Positions 37,534-47,719 are shown, numbered from the stretch's first letter. The stretch is 64,000 nt of DNA from Pseudomonadota bacterium (GCA_039191215.1 JBCCXT010000015.1:43-64042); one strand, 5' to 3'. Made by a program: numbers and translations. The notes: generated by a model not told the origin, from the letters alone.

Positions 37534-37945
37534 GGGGCAAATATGGGGACAAGCCTGGTGAGCGCAGAAGATTAACCATTGGGTAAGATACTGGCCCGCT
37601 CAACGAAAGAGGAAATGGCCAAAACCGGAGGGATTCGCCCTCGATCCATCCCTGGGGAGGGGCTGAGATTGTCGGTATGTGCACAGGGAAAGGCGCCGTC
37701 AGATATCCTGGTGAAATACAATTGTCATCAACAGGTAATTTCAGATTTAGTAATTTAATATCAAATACTTAGCCATATCTTCCCCGAAGAGCGATGCCTT
37801 GTGGGTCGCGAAGTTGACGAAAGGGCAGATCCGGGGAAGATCTTTGGCCAACAGAGTTATCCCCGTTATCCCGCACCCTACAAAAACCACCACCTTTAAA
37901 TCTTCTATTTATTATTTTAGGTGGCAGAGAGGTTGGGAGATCGAA
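37534..37945. other. Candidate chromosomal replication origin (oriC)
   Basis: AT-rich intergenic region between maf and hemJ with degenerate DnaA-like boxes, an IHF consensus TATCAAATACTTA (37759-37771), a CtrA-like TTAA-N7-GTAA (37572-37586) and an AT-rich tract (37895-37919); parABS lies 3-7 kb away. Confidence 0.72.
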
Positions 37946-38398
37946 ATGCTGGACCTTCTGGCTTGGGCATATCCATGGACCAAGAGCCTCCATGTGATCT
38001 CTGTCATCGCGTGGATGGCGGGGCTGTTCTATCTCCCCCGTTTGTTTGTTTATCACGTTGAGCGTGTCGGTGAGAGCGGAGAAACAGCTGAGCTTTTTCA
38101 GCTCATGGAATTGCGGCTGATACGCGTGATCATGAATCCGGCAATGATCGCTACCTGGGTCTTTGGCCTGGCGCTTGCTGCAACACCCGGTGTGGTCGAT
38201 TGGGGCGCCGTCTGGCCCTGGACAAAAGCTGTGGCGGTTCTTGCAATGACTTGGTTTCACCATTGGCTGTCGCGGCGGCGCAAAGATTTTGTCGCCGCAT
38301 CGAACAGTAGAACAGGTCGCACGTTTCGCATGATGAACGAGCTGCCGACCTTGTTGCTGCTGGTCATAGTTGTGTCGGTAATCGCACGGCCATTCTAA
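37946..38398 (+). CDS. hemJ: Protoporphyrinogen oxidase HemJ
   Basis: KSLHVISVIAWMAGLFYLPRLFVYH, ME.RL...IMNPAM, FRMMNELPT. Confidence 0.93.
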   Translation: MLDLLAWAYPWTKSLHVISVIAWMAGLFYLPRLFVYHVERVGESGETAELFQLMELRLIRVIMNPAMIATWVFGLALAATPGVVDWGAVWPWTKAVAVLAMTWFHHWLSRRRKDFVAASNSRTGRTFRMMNELPTLLLLVIVVSVIARPF

Positions 38399-38533
38399 GC
38401 CAGGTCGTTGACAGAGCCTATCGAAACGCTTAGGTGCCAGGCATGCCCAGGGCGGTCCCGCCCGGACGGGCCTCCCAGTATCAACGACAAGCGCCGCTTC
38501 CAGCATTCTGCGCGGCCAATGGGCAATTTTTCG

Positions 38534-39805
38534 ATGAACGAAGACCGTTTGAACCTTTCTGATCTGAAGGCGCTGTCGCCGAAGGATCTCGTCAATATGG
38601 CTGAAGAACTCGAGATCGAGAACGCCTCGACCATGCGCAAGGGCGATATGATGTTCGCCATTCTCAAAGAGCGCGCCGAAGACGGATGGGAGATATCTGG
38701 TGACGGCGTACTGGAGGTATTGCAGGACGGGTTTGGCTTCTTGCGCAGCCCCGAGGCCAATTATCTACCGGGCCCGGACGATATTTACGTGTCACCGGAT
38801 ATGATCCGCCAGTATTCATTGCGCACAGGCGACACGGTTGAAGGCGTCATCACGGCACCCAATGAGAACGAACGTTATTTTGCGCTCGTTAAGGTCGCTC
38901 AGATTAACTTTGAGGAGCCGGAAAAGGCGCGCCATAAGGTCGCCTTCGACAATCTCACACCGCTTTATCCTGATGAGCGCCTGACGATGGAGATTGAGGA
39001 CCCGACGATTAAAGATCGGTCTGCGCGGATCATCGACCTGGTCGCACCGATCGGGAAGGGTCAGCGTAGCCTAATTGTGGCGCCGCCACGCACGGGTAAA
39101 ACCGTGCTTCTGCAAAACATCGCCCATTCGATCGAGGCCAATCACCCGGAATGTTATTTGATCGTTCTGCTGATCGATGAGCGTCCCGAAGAGGTGACTG
39201 ATATGCAGCGCTCTGTGAAGGGAGAGGTGATCTCCTCGACCTTTGATGAGCCTGCAACGCGGCATGTGGCGGTGAGTGATATGGTGATTGAGAAGGCCAA
39301 GCGACTGGTGGAGCATAAACGACATGTTGTGATCTTGCTCGACTCAATCACAAGACTTGGACGGGCCTTTAACACTGTCGTTCCTTCATCCGGCAAGGTT
39401 TTGACCGGTGGTGTTGATGCCAACGCGCTGCAGCGCCCCAAGCGGTTCTTTGGCGCGGCTCGAAACATCGAAGAAGGTGGATCGCTGACCATCATTGCGA
39501 CGGCGCTGATTGATACCGGCAGCCGTATGGACGAGGTAATCTTCGAAGAGTTCAAGGGCACCGGCAACTCCGAAATCGTTCTCGATCGCAAGGTCGCGGA
39601 TAAGCGCGTATATCCGGCGATGGACATCCTGAAATCAGGCACGCGGAAGGAAGATCTGTTAGTCGATAAGGTCGATTTGCAGAAGACCTACGTGCTGCGG
39701 CGCATCTTGAATCCGATGGGTACGACGGATGCGATCGAATTTCTGCTCTCAAAGCTGAAACAGACCAAGACAAATTCGGAATTCTTCGATTCGATGAACA
39801 CCTGA
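38534..39805 (+). CDS. rho: Transcription termination factor Rho
   Basis: [31 protein letters not shown]; start ATG 38534. Confidence 0.97.
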   Translation: MNEDRLNLSDLKALSPKDLVNMAEELEIENASTMRKGDMMFAILKERAEDGWEISGDGVLEVLQDGFGFLRSPEANYLPGPDDIYVSPDMIRQYSLRTGDTVEGVITAPNENERYFALVKVAQINFEEPEKARHKVAFDNLTPLYPDERLTMEIEDPTIKDRSARIIDLVAPIGKGQRSLIVAPPRTGKTVLLQNIAHSIEANHPECYLIVLLIDERPEEVTDMQRSVKGEVISSTFDEPATRHVAVSDMVIEKAKRLVEHKRHVVILLDSITRLGRAFNTVVPSSGKVLTGGVDANALQRPKRFFGAARNIEEGGSLTIIATALIDTGSRMDEVIFEEFKGTGNSEIVLDRKVADKRVYPAMDILKSGTRKEDLLVDKVDLQKTYVLRRILNPMGTTDAIEFLLSKLKQTKTNSEFFDSMNT

Positions 39806-39808
39806 GCA

Positions 39809-41086
39809 GTGGACACTATTTGTGCACTGTCGAGTGCGCCTGGACGGGCCGGTGTGGCCGTCATTCGCGTATCTGGCCCCGGCGCATTTGGGATCTGCGC
39901 TAAGCTATGCGGTACCGTACCGGATCCGGGTCAGCACAAACTTCGAACCCTGAGAGGCTGCGAAAATCAAACCATCGACCAGGCTTTGGTCTTGTCATTT
40001 ACGGCGCCGTCGAGCTTCACGGGTGAAGATGTGGTGGAGTTTCAGACACACGGCGCGCGGGCCGTCATTGATGCGGTTCTCAGGGAGCTGACATATCTTG
40101 GCGCGCGACCGGCTGAGGCTGGCGAATTCACGCGCAGGGCGCTGGAGAACGACAAGCTGAGCCTCGGCGAGGTTGAAGGCTTGGCCGATCTTTTGGCGGC
40201 GGAGACAAAGGCGCAGTTGGATCAAGCCCATAAGGTATTGGCCGGGCAGCTTCATGAATTGGCGGAGGCGCTTAGGGCGCGCTTATTGCGGGGCCTGGCT
40301 CATTTGGAAGCGATGATCGATTTCGCAGATGAGGAAGTGCCGGAGGATCTTTCGCGCGAGGCTTTGGGTGAGTTGGACGAAGCCTTGTCCATGATCGCGA
40401 CGGAGATCTCTGGAAGCGTGGTCGCCGAACGGCTGCGCGACGGGTTTGAGGTGGCGATTGTCGGTCCGCCAAATGCCGGTAAATCTACGCTGTTGAACTA
40501 TTTGGCGGGACGCGACGCCGCCTTGGTATCCGAGGTTGCGGGCACCACGCGGGATGTGGTCGAGGTCCGAATGGATGTGCGCGGCTTGCCTGTCACTTTC
40601 CTTGATACGGCAGGGCTTCGACAGAGTGATGACGTTGTGGAACGCATGGGAATTGATCGCGCCATGAGCCGGGCGGCCGCCGCTGACCTGCGGGTGTTTC
40701 TTCTTTTGGATAGTGCATGGACCGGAAGTATACCGCGTAAAACGCAAGATGTAGTGGTTTTGGGGAAGGCAGATACTCAAAATGGTGATGTGTCGGGGGT
40801 AACAGGGAAAGGTGTCGATGTCCTTTTGGAGCGGATCCACGAGGTGCTCTCGGAGAAGGTCGCGTTGATTGGGTCGGCGACTCACTTTCGGCATCGCGAG
40901 GCGTTGGTACAGGCGGAGCGTGCTTTGGATGAGGCGCGCGCGGTCCTTTCGGAGGATGCGCATAGGGTAGAGGTGGCGGCCTACTATGTGAGGATGGCGG
41001 TGAGTGTTCTTGAAGGGCTAGTCGGGCGGCTTGACGTAGAGGCTGTGTTGGGCGAAATCTTTTCTTCCTTTTGTATTGGGAAGTAG
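39809..41086 (+). CDS. mnmE: tRNA modification GTPase
   Basis: DTI.ALS, SFTGED, GPPNAGKS, AGTTRD, DTAG, C-terminal FCIGK. Confidence 0.96.
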   Translation: MDTICALSSAPGRAGVAVIRVSGPGAFGICAKLCGTVPDPGQHKLRTLRGCENQTIDQALVLSFTAPSSFTGEDVVEFQTHGARAVIDAVLRELTYLGARPAEAGEFTRRALENDKLSLGEVEGLADLLAAETKAQLDQAHKVLAGQLHELAEALRARLLRGLAHLEAMIDFADEEVPEDLSREALGELDEALSMIATEISGSVVAERLRDGFEVAIVGPPNAGKSTLLNYLAGRDAALVSEVAGTTRDVVEVRMDVRGLPVTFLDTAGLRQSDDVVERMGIDRAMSRAAAADLRVFLLLDSAWTGSIPRKTQDVVVLGKADTQNGDVSGVTGKGVDVLLERIHEVLSEKVALIGSATHFRHREALVQAERALDEARAVLSEDAHRVEVAAYYVRMAVSVLEGLVGRLDVEAVLGEIFSSFCIGK

Positions 41087-41091
41087 AGGTG

Positions 41092-41107
41092 TGTTTCACG
41101 TGAAACA
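41092..41107. promoter_or_regulatory. parS centromere site
   Basis: TGTTTCACGTGAAACA, perfect consensus palindrome, overlapping the mnmG start. Confidence 0.95.
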
Positions 41108-42965
41108 CCAAGATGCGGATGTCCTCGTGATCGGCGGCGGCCATGCTGGCTGTGAGGCTGCCTACGCAGCCGCGCGCGCAGGCGCCAAGACCCTGCTACT
41201 CACGCTCAAACTGTCCGATATTGGTGTCATGTCGTGTAATCCAGCCATTGGCGGTTTGGGCAAGGGCCACCTTGTCCGAGAGATCGACGCGATGGGGGGT
41301 TTGATGGGCTTGGCTGCTGATCATTCAGGCATTCAGTTCCGCCTGTTAAATCGAAGAAAGGGGCCAGCGGTTCGTGGACCGAGAACTCAATCGGATCGTG
41401 TGCTTTACCGCCGCGCGGTGGCGGAGATCTTGGCCAGCCAAGGGAATTTGCGTGTCGTTGAGGGGGAGGCAGCTGCATTTTCAAGAGAAGGCGATGAGAT
41501 TCGCGGCGTTCGATTGGCTAACGGCGCGGAGATCAACGCAAGCGCGGTGGTGCTGACAACTGGCACGTTCCTCCGCGGCACCATTCACATCGGCATGCAA
41601 AGTCATGCGGGTGGTCGCATCGGCGATCCGGCATCCCACATGCTGGCAGATCAATTAAGAGAGATGGTTTCCGGAATTGGCCGATTAAAAACCGGAACCC
41701 CGCCAAGGCTGCGCAAAGACAGCATTGACTGGAACAAAACCGAGCTGCAACAAGCTGATACAAACCCAGCCATGTTTTCCTATCTTTCTGATCGGCCCTG
41801 TGTTGAACAAATCGCTTGTGGCATCACCCACACGAATGAAAAAACACATGAAATCATAGGGAATAACCTTGCGCGCTCAGCCATGTACGGCGGAAAGATC
41901 CAGAGCGTCGGGCCAAGATATTGCCCCTCGATTGAAGATAAGGTCACACGCTTTCAGGATAAAGCGAGTCATCAAATATTCTTGGAACCGGAAGGGCTTA
42001 CCAGCGACTTGGTATATCCTAACGGCATCTCAACATCGCTGCCCACGGATGTGCAGGTTTCTTACGTGCGGTCGATTGCGGGTTTGGAGAACGCGGTCAT
42101 CGCGCAACCAGGCTATGCGATTGAATATGATTTCGTTGATCCGCAGGTCTTGGACCATGGATTGCGGCTCAAGGATGTACGAGGCCTTTTTTTGGCCGGT
42201 CAAATCAATGGCACGACAGGGTATGAGGAGGCAGCGGCTCAGGGCCTTATCGCAGGTTTGAATGCGGCATTTGCTGCCACGGGCAGGCAGGCGATCTCCT
42301 TGGCGCGTAACGAGGCCTATATTGGGGTTCTGATCGACGATTTGATCACGCGTGGCGTGTCTGAGCCGTACAGAATGTTTACCTCACGCGCTGAATTCAG
42401 GCTTTCGCTGCGGGCAGATAACGCCGACCAGCGTTTGACGCCAAAAGCTCAGGAGCTTGGACTTATAACTGAGGAACGCAGAGCCAAGTTTTCGGCAAAG
42501 ATGGCTCTTTTGGAACAGGGGCACGCGCTCCTCAGGTCCAGCGACGCAACGCCAAGCGAGATTGCGGCGCACGGGATCGACATAAACCAGGACGGACGGC
42601 GACGGACGGCTGAGGCGTTATTATCATTCCCGAATATCGTTTTCGAGAAGCTGGAGCCAATTTGGCCCGCCTTGCAAGTGATTGATCCTGGAACGCGTGA
42701 CCAGCTAACCATCGAAGCGCTATATGCCCACTACATCTGGCGGCAACAGAAAGATGTCGAAAGCCTCCAAAAGGATGAGCGGCTCGTGATACCCGATTGG
42801 GTGATTTACAGTGAAATTGGCGGCCTATCGGCTGAGCTTACGATAAAATTGGAGCGCGTCCGCCCCCCTTCCATCGGCCACGCAGCCCGGATCGACGGCA
42901 TGACCCCAGCGGCTTTGACACTAATCCTTGCTCATTTGCGACGCGGCACGCGCGAATCGGCATGA
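41100..42965 (+). CDS. mnmG: tRNA uridine 5-carboxymethylaminomethyl modification enzyme (GidA)
   Basis: GGGHAG, MSCNPAIGG, LKTGTPPR, GPRYCPSIEDK, GQINGTTGYEEAA; GTG start at 41100. Confidence 0.97.
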   Translation: MKHQDADVLVIGGGHAGCEAAYAAARAGAKTLLLTLKLSDIGVMSCNPAIGGLGKGHLVREIDAMGGLMGLAADHSGIQFRLLNRRKGPAVRGPRTQSDRVLYRRAVAEILASQGNLRVVEGEAAAFSREGDEIRGVRLANGAEINASAVVLTTGTFLRGTIHIGMQSHAGGRIGDPASHMLADQLREMVSGIGRLKTGTPPRLRKDSIDWNKTELQQADTNPAMFSYLSDRPCVEQIACGITHTNEKTHEIIGNNLARSAMYGGKIQSVGPRYCPSIEDKVTRFQDKASHQIFLEPEGLTSDLVYPNGISTSLPTDVQVSYVRSIAGLENAVIAQPGYAIEYDFVDPQVLDHGLRLKDVRGLFLAGQINGTTGYEEAAAQGLIAGLNAAFAATGRQAISLARNEAYIGVLIDDLITRGVSEPYRMFTSRAEFRLSLRADNADQRLTPKAQELGLITEERRAKFSAKMALLEQGHALLRSSDATPSEIAAHGIDINQDGRRRTAEALLSFPNIVFEKLEPIWPALQVIDPGTRDQLTIEALYAHYIWRQQKDVESLQKDERLVIPDWVIYSEIGGLSAELTIKLERVRPPSIGHAARIDGMTPAALTLILAHLRRGTRESA

Positions 42966-43588
42966 ACGAAGCTGATGCCCGCGCTTGGGTGAGTCAGCGT
43001 GTTTCACGTGAAACACTAGATCGATTTGAGCTTTTCGCCCAAGTTTTGCGTAAATGGCAGAGGTCGATCAATCTTGTGTCTGGCTCAACGCTTCCCACGA
43101 TCTACGCGAGACATATCGCTGACAGTTTGCAGATATTTGAAGAAAAACCATATGAATCAGGATATTGGGTGGATTTTGGCAGCGGTGCAGGGCTGCCCGG
43201 ACTGATTTGTGCCGCAGCAGCGCGCGGTCATGCGCCCGGGCTCAGCTTCACGCTCATTGAAAGCGACCAGCGCAAGTCAAGCTTTCTGCGCGAGGCCTCA
43301 CGGATCATGGATACGCCGGTCACAATCCTCACGCAGCGCATTGAAGCAACAGCGCCGCAAAACGCGCGCATCATTTCAGCAAGGGCGCTCGCCTCGCTTG
43401 ATACGCTGTGTGAATTGAGCCATCGCCATCTTGCGCCTGACGGCGAAATGCTGTTTCTGAAGGGTGAGCACCACGCCGCAGAACAAATCGCTGCTGACAG
43501 AAATTGGCAGATGAAGCGACGGATCATTCCAAGTAAAACAGATCCAAGAGCCGCGATTTATCGAATAGGAGCACTTGCCCGTGTCTAG
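42962..43588 (+). CDS. rsmG: 16S rRNA m7G527 methyltransferase (GidB)
   Basis: W..SINLV, RHIADS, DFGSGAGLPG, SARALA, FLKG. Confidence 0.94.
   Translation: MNEADARAWVSQRVSRETLDRFELFAQVLRKWQRSINLVSGSTLPTIYARHIADSLQIFEEKPYESGYWVDFGSGAGLPGLICAAAARGHAPGLSFTLIESDQRKSSFLREASRIMDTPVTILTQRIEATAPQNARIISARALASLDTLCELSHRHLAPDGEMLFLKGEHHAAEQIAADRNWQMKRRIIPSKTDPRAAIYRIGALARV
43000..43015. promoter_or_regulatory. parS centromere site within rsmG
   Basis: TGTTTCACGTGAAACA, perfect; encodes VSRET. Confidence 0.95.
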
Positions 43589-44372
43589 CAACAGCCGCGT
43601 CAGGATCCTTGCCATCGCTAACCAAAAAGGCGGGGTTGGCAAGACGACAACGGCTATAAATCTGGGCGCAGCGCTTGCGGAAGCTGGCAGTACCGTCCTG
43701 ATCGTCGATCTTGATCCGCAGGGCAATGCATCGACGGGGCTTGGCATAGAGACGTCGAATCGCCAGCTCACCACCTATGATCTGCTGCTTGACGACCAAC
43801 CATTGGCGGCCGTGACCGTTCCTACCAGCATTGACCGGCTGTCAATCGCCCCGGCCACGACCGATCTCAGCTCGGCTGATATCGAGCTGGTTGGCCATGA
43901 AAATCGCGTCTTTCTGCTCCGTGATGCCCTTTTGCTCGACGGGCTGTCAGCTTATGATTACGTGCTGATCGACTGCCCGCCATCGCTGAATCTGCTCACG
44001 GTGAATGCGATGGCCTCCGCAGATGCGATGGTCGTCCCCCTACAGGCTGAGTTTTTCGCGCTAGAAGGCCTCAGCCAATTGATGCAGACCGTCAGACAGG
44101 TCCGCGAAACCGCGAATCCAAGCCTAAGGATCGAAGGTGTTGTGTTGACAATGTATGACACACGCAACAATTTGTGCCATCAGGTCGAAAAAGATGCGCG
44201 CGATAATCTTGGGTCGCTGGTCTTCCAGACGCGCATTCCACGCAATGTCCGGCTGAGCGAAGCGCCGTCTTACGCCATCCCGATCCTGCAATATGATACG
44301 GCAAGCCGGGGCAGCCATGCCTATCGCGAACTTGCGCGTGAAATGCTCGAACGGCAGTTGGCACACGCCTGA
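43581..44372 (+). CDS. parA: Chromosome partitioning ATPase
   Basis: NQKGGVGKTTT, DLDPQGNAS, IDCPPSL, IPRNVRLSEAPS. Confidence 0.96.
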   Translation: MSSNSRVRILAIANQKGGVGKTTTAINLGAALAEAGSTVLIVDLDPQGNASTGLGIETSNRQLTTYDLLLDDQPLAAVTVPTSIDRLSIAPATTDLSSADIELVGHENRVFLLRDALLLDGLSAYDYVLIDCPPSLNLLTVNAMASADAMVVPLQAEFFALEGLSQLMQTVRQVRETANPSLRIEGVVLTMYDTRNNLCHQVEKDARDNLGSLVFQTRIPRNVRLSEAPSYAIPILQYDTASRGSHAYRELAREMLERQLAHA

Positions 44373-44382
44373 GGGAACCAAA

Positions 44383-45276
44383 ATGTCCGGCAAGCGAGAC
44401 AAAAGGGGTTTGGGCCGGGGATTGTCGGCTCTGATGGCTGACATCCAACCCGAAGCGGTGGCCGCGGCAGAGGCAAATGCCCGGTCGCGTGCAGATCGCG
44501 TTGTGCCGATCGAACAGGTACGCCCGAACCCCGAACAGCCGCGCCGGCATTTTTCTTCGCAAGCACTCGAAGATCTGACCAATTCGATCCGGGAAAAAGG
44601 GATCATCCAACCGCTGATCGTCCGGCCGGACCCAACAGCGCCGGAGCAATTCCAAATTGTCGCGGGGGAACGCCGTTGGCGCGCTGCCCAGGCTGTTCCT
44701 TTGCATGAAATTCCTGTTCTTGTGCGGGATTTCAACGACACCGAAGTCCTCGAAATTGCCATCATCGAAAACATTCAGCGCGCTGACCTGAACGCCGTCG
44801 AAGAGGCGTCCGGCTATCGCCAGCTGATGGAACGCTTCGGCCACACGCAAGACAAGCTGGCACAAGCCCTAGGGAAGAGCCGCAGCTACATCGCCAATAT
44901 GTTGCGTCTTTTGAATCTTCCCGAGCCGGTGCTGGAGATGCTGATAAACGGTCAGCTTTCCGCCGGGCACGCACGTGCTTTGATCACCGCGGGTGACCCA
45001 ACCCAACTGGCGCGTCAGGTTCTCGCAAACGGGCTGTCGGTTCGCGAGACCGAAAAACTCGCATCCGCAGATCGCGCGCCGAAAGCGCCAAGAGGCAGGG
45101 GTACAAAACGCGCCACCAAAGACGCCGACACGGCAGAGCTTGAACGCTCGCTTTCCGCCACGCTTAAAATGCCGGTGAGCGTCGATTATGACGCAGGCTC
45201 TGGCACGGGCCGTGTCTCGATCCGGTACAAAGACCTGCAAGAGCTTGATGATCTTGTACGTCTTCTGGGCGGATAA
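44383..45276 (+). CDS. parB: Chromosome partitioning protein
   Basis: RGLGRGLSAL, QPRRHF, AGERRWRA, ENIQRADL, HTH KSRSYIAN. Confidence 0.96.
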   Translation: MSGKRDKRGLGRGLSALMADIQPEAVAAAEANARSRADRVVPIEQVRPNPEQPRRHFSSQALEDLTNSIREKGIIQPLIVRPDPTAPEQFQIVAGERRWRAAQAVPLHEIPVLVRDFNDTEVLEIAIIENIQRADLNAVEEASGYRQLMERFGHTQDKLAQALGKSRSYIANMLRLLNLPEPVLEMLINGQLSAGHARALITAGDPTQLARQVLANGLSVRETEKLASADRAPKAPRGRGTKRATKDADTAELERSLSATLKMPVSVDYDAGSGTGRVSIRYKDLQELDDLVRLLGG

Positions 45277-45277
45277 A

Positions 45278-46414
45278 TCAGACCAAAAGTGCTGCCAAGA
45301 TGGCGTTTAAAACCGGCCGACCACGCGGTGTGGTACCAATACGGCCACCGTCACGCCAGACGAATCCATCCGATGTCAATTCATCTAACTTATTGATATT
45401 AAGAGCTTCTACCGCGCGATCGAGCTCGCAGCCCTCAGCTAAGCGCAAGCTCATCATGACATATTCCACGGCGCGGTCTGCCGCACTCAACGGATCATAG
45501 ACCGCATCGCCCGACCCCTGTTGCTCAACAGCCGACAACCAGGCTTCAGGCATCATATGGCCTGCGGTCGCAACCCATGCTCCATCGCGATGCAACCGGC
45601 CATGCGCACCAGGTCCGATCCCCAGATACGATCCGCCGCGCCAATAGGTCAGGTTATGACGAGATTCCGCGCCGGGTCGGGCATGGTTGGATACCTCATA
45701 GGCCGCTAGGCCCACCTCGTTCATCTGATCCTGCGTCGCTTCAAAAAGATCTGCGGCCAAATCTTCGGCAGGTAAGCCCGCCAATCGGCCCCTTTCAAGC
45801 CGCGACGCAAACGCCGTGCCATCCTCAATCGTCAACTGGTAAAGCGACAGATGATCAAGGCCCAAATCGACCGCCTCCGCCAGCTCCGCCTGCCAATCCG
45901 CCAGGCTTTGATCCTGCCGCGCGTAGATTAGGTCTGCGCTGACTGCGTTGAAAACCCGGCCCGCCGTTTCAACCGCTTTGCGCGCCTCCGCGGCGGAGTG
46001 CAACCGGCCCAAAGCGCGCAAATGTTCGTCCCTAAGGGATTGAACGCCAACAGAAACACGTGAAACGCCCGCATCTCGGTAGCCCTCGAACCGCGCCGCT
46101 TCGACCGAGGTCGGATTTGCCTCCAAAGTCACCTCATAATCATTTGCAACCGGCCAGGTTTTGCGGATCTCGGCCAAAATGTGATCAACCAAGTCTGGCG
46201 GCATCAAGGACGGTGTCCCGCCGCCAAAAAAAACGCTGGTGATCCGCGCCTCGCCGATGTCTTTATGAAAGCGGGAGATCTCGGACGCGAATGCCCGCGC
46301 CCAACGATTGTAATCGACCGACCGCGCCACATGGCTGTTGAAATCGCAATAGGGGCATTTGGCCTGGCAAAACGGCCAATGCACATAGACGGCCAGATCA
46401 GGTAGCAAGGGCAT
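45278..46414 (-). CDS. hemW: Radical SAM heme chaperone (HemN-like)
   Basis: YVHWPFCQAKCPYCDFN, GGGTPS, YEVSN, HNLTYW; follows rdgB. Confidence 0.92.
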   Translation of the reverse strand: MPLLPDLAVYVHWPFCQAKCPYCDFNSHVARSVDYNRWARAFASEISRFHKDIGEARITSVFFGGGTPSLMPPDLVDHILAEIRKTWPVANDYEVTLEANPTSVEAARFEGYRDAGVSRVSVGVQSLRDEHLRALGRLHSAAEARKAVETAGRVFNAVSADLIYARQDQSLADWQAELAEAVDLGLDHLSLYQLTIEDGTAFASRLERGRLAGLPAEDLAADLFEATQDQMNEVGLAAYEVSNHARPGAESRHNLTYWRGGSYLGIGPGAHGRLHRDGAWVATAGHMMPEAWLSAVEQQGSGDAVYDPLSAADRAVEYVMMSLRLAEGCELDRAVEALNINKLDELTSDGFVWRDGGRIGTTPRGRPVLNAILAALLV

Positions 46415-47006
46415 CCTCAAGAAGCGCAACCGCTCGCGCACGGTGGCTGATCTTGTTCTTTTCCCACCGATCCATCTCGCCAAAGGTCTGTGTGCGGCCT
46501 TCCGGCACAAAAATCGGGTCATAGCCGTGACCCTGCGCACCTCGCATCGGCCAAACGACCTGGCCCGGCATCACGCCGGGAAACACCTCATCATGTCCGT
46601 CGGGCCAAGCCAGCACCAAAGTGCAGCAAAACCGCGCCGTCCAGGGCTCCGGCACGCCGGAGGCGCAAAGCGCGTCATGGCTGCGCGTCATGGCCAGCAC
46701 AAAGTCGCGTCCGTTTGGTGTCTCGGCCCAATCAGCGGTATAGACGCCGGGCGCGCCGTCAAGCGCATCGATCATAATCCCGCTTTCATCGGCCAGCGCA
46801 GGTAGGTCGGTCGCTTTTGCCGCGGCATGCGCCTTGATGCGGGCGTTTTCGACAAAAGTCGTGCCCGTCTCTGGCGGTTCAGGCAGTCCAAAATCCGCAG
46901 CACTGCGCAATGTGATCCCGTGGCGGTCCAGCAACGCGCGCATTTCTTCGATTTTGCCCTGGTTGTGAGAGGCCAAGACCAATTCCGGCCCCGCAAAACG
47001 GCGCAT
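46398..47006 (-). CDS. rdgB: dITP/XTP pyrophosphatase (HAM1 family)
   Basis: ASHNQGK, ETG.TF.ENA.IKA, GYDPIF, SHRARA. Confidence 0.93.
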   Translation of the reverse strand: MRRFAGPELVLASHNQGKIEEMRALLDRHGITLRSAADFGLPEPPETGTTFVENARIKAHAAAKATDLPALADESGIMIDALDGAPGVYTADWAETPNGRDFVLAMTRSHDALCASGVPEPWTARFCCTLVLAWPDGHDEVFPGVMPGQVVWPMRGAQGHGYDPIFVPEGRTQTFGEMDRWEKNKISHRARAVALLEDALAT

Positions 47007-47719
47007 CAGCCAACAGCCTCCTTTTGCGCGGCGACAAGCTGAGCGACACCGGCTTCGGCCAGGCCAAGCAGTGTCTCCAGCTCCTCGCGGGAAAAGGTCG
47101 CGCCTTCGGCTGATGCCTGCAATTCGATCATCCGGCCGGCACCTGTCATCACAAAATTACCATCCGTGCCCGCTTCGCTGTCTTCTGCGTAGTCAAGATC
47201 GAGGACAGGCTGCCCGGCATAAATGCCGCAGGATACGGCGGCCACGTGATCGGTGATCGGATCGGTGACGATATCGCCCGCCGCGATCAGCTTTTGCACC
47301 GCAAGTTTAAGCGCAACCCAACCGCCCGTGATCGCGGCACAGCGCGTCCCGCCATCGGCTTGGATGACATCACAATCGACAGTGATCTGGCGCTCTCCCA
47401 ACGCGACGCGATCAATACCGGCCCGCAAAGATCGGCCAATAAGACGCTGAATTTCCTGCGTTCTTCCAGATTGCTTGCCCGCGGCGGCTTCCCTTCGCAT
47501 GCGCGTATGGGTCGCGCGCGGCAGCATGCCGTATTCTGCCGTAACCCAGCCAAGCCCGGAATTTTTCAGAAACGGCGGCACCCGCTCTTCCAAGCTTGCC
47601 GTGCAAAGCACATGCGTGCCGCCATTGCGGATCATGCAGGATCCTTCGGCATGTTCCGTGACGCCCGTTTCAATGCTAATCGAGCGCATCTGGTTTAGTT
47701 CCCGTCCCGATGGGCGCAT
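47006..47719 (-). CDS. rph: Ribonuclease PH
   Basis: [34 protein letters not shown]. Confidence 0.96.
   Translation of the reverse strand: MRPSGRELNQMRSISIETGVTEHAEGSCMIRNGGTHVLCTASLEERVPPFLKNSGLGWVTAEYGMLPRATHTRMRREAAAGKQSGRTQEIQRLIGRSLRAGIDRVALGERQITVDCDVIQADGGTRCAAITGGWVALKLAVQKLIAAGDIVTDPITDHVAAVSCGIYAGQPVLDLDYAEDSEAGTDGNFVMTGAGRMIELQASAEGATFSREELETLLGLAEAGVAQLVAAQKEAVG

Noticed and set aside
37799-37945. Long N-terminal extension of hemJ (also of rho, hslU, parB, hemW, galU in the ORF track)
   Set aside because: Artefacts of longest-ORF calling; family N-termini and, for most, SD sites support downstream starts.
39310-39345. Rho [12 protein letters not shown] instead of the usual ...DVVILLDS
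   Set aside because: Single substitution outside the catalytic Walker residues; not interpretable without an alignment.
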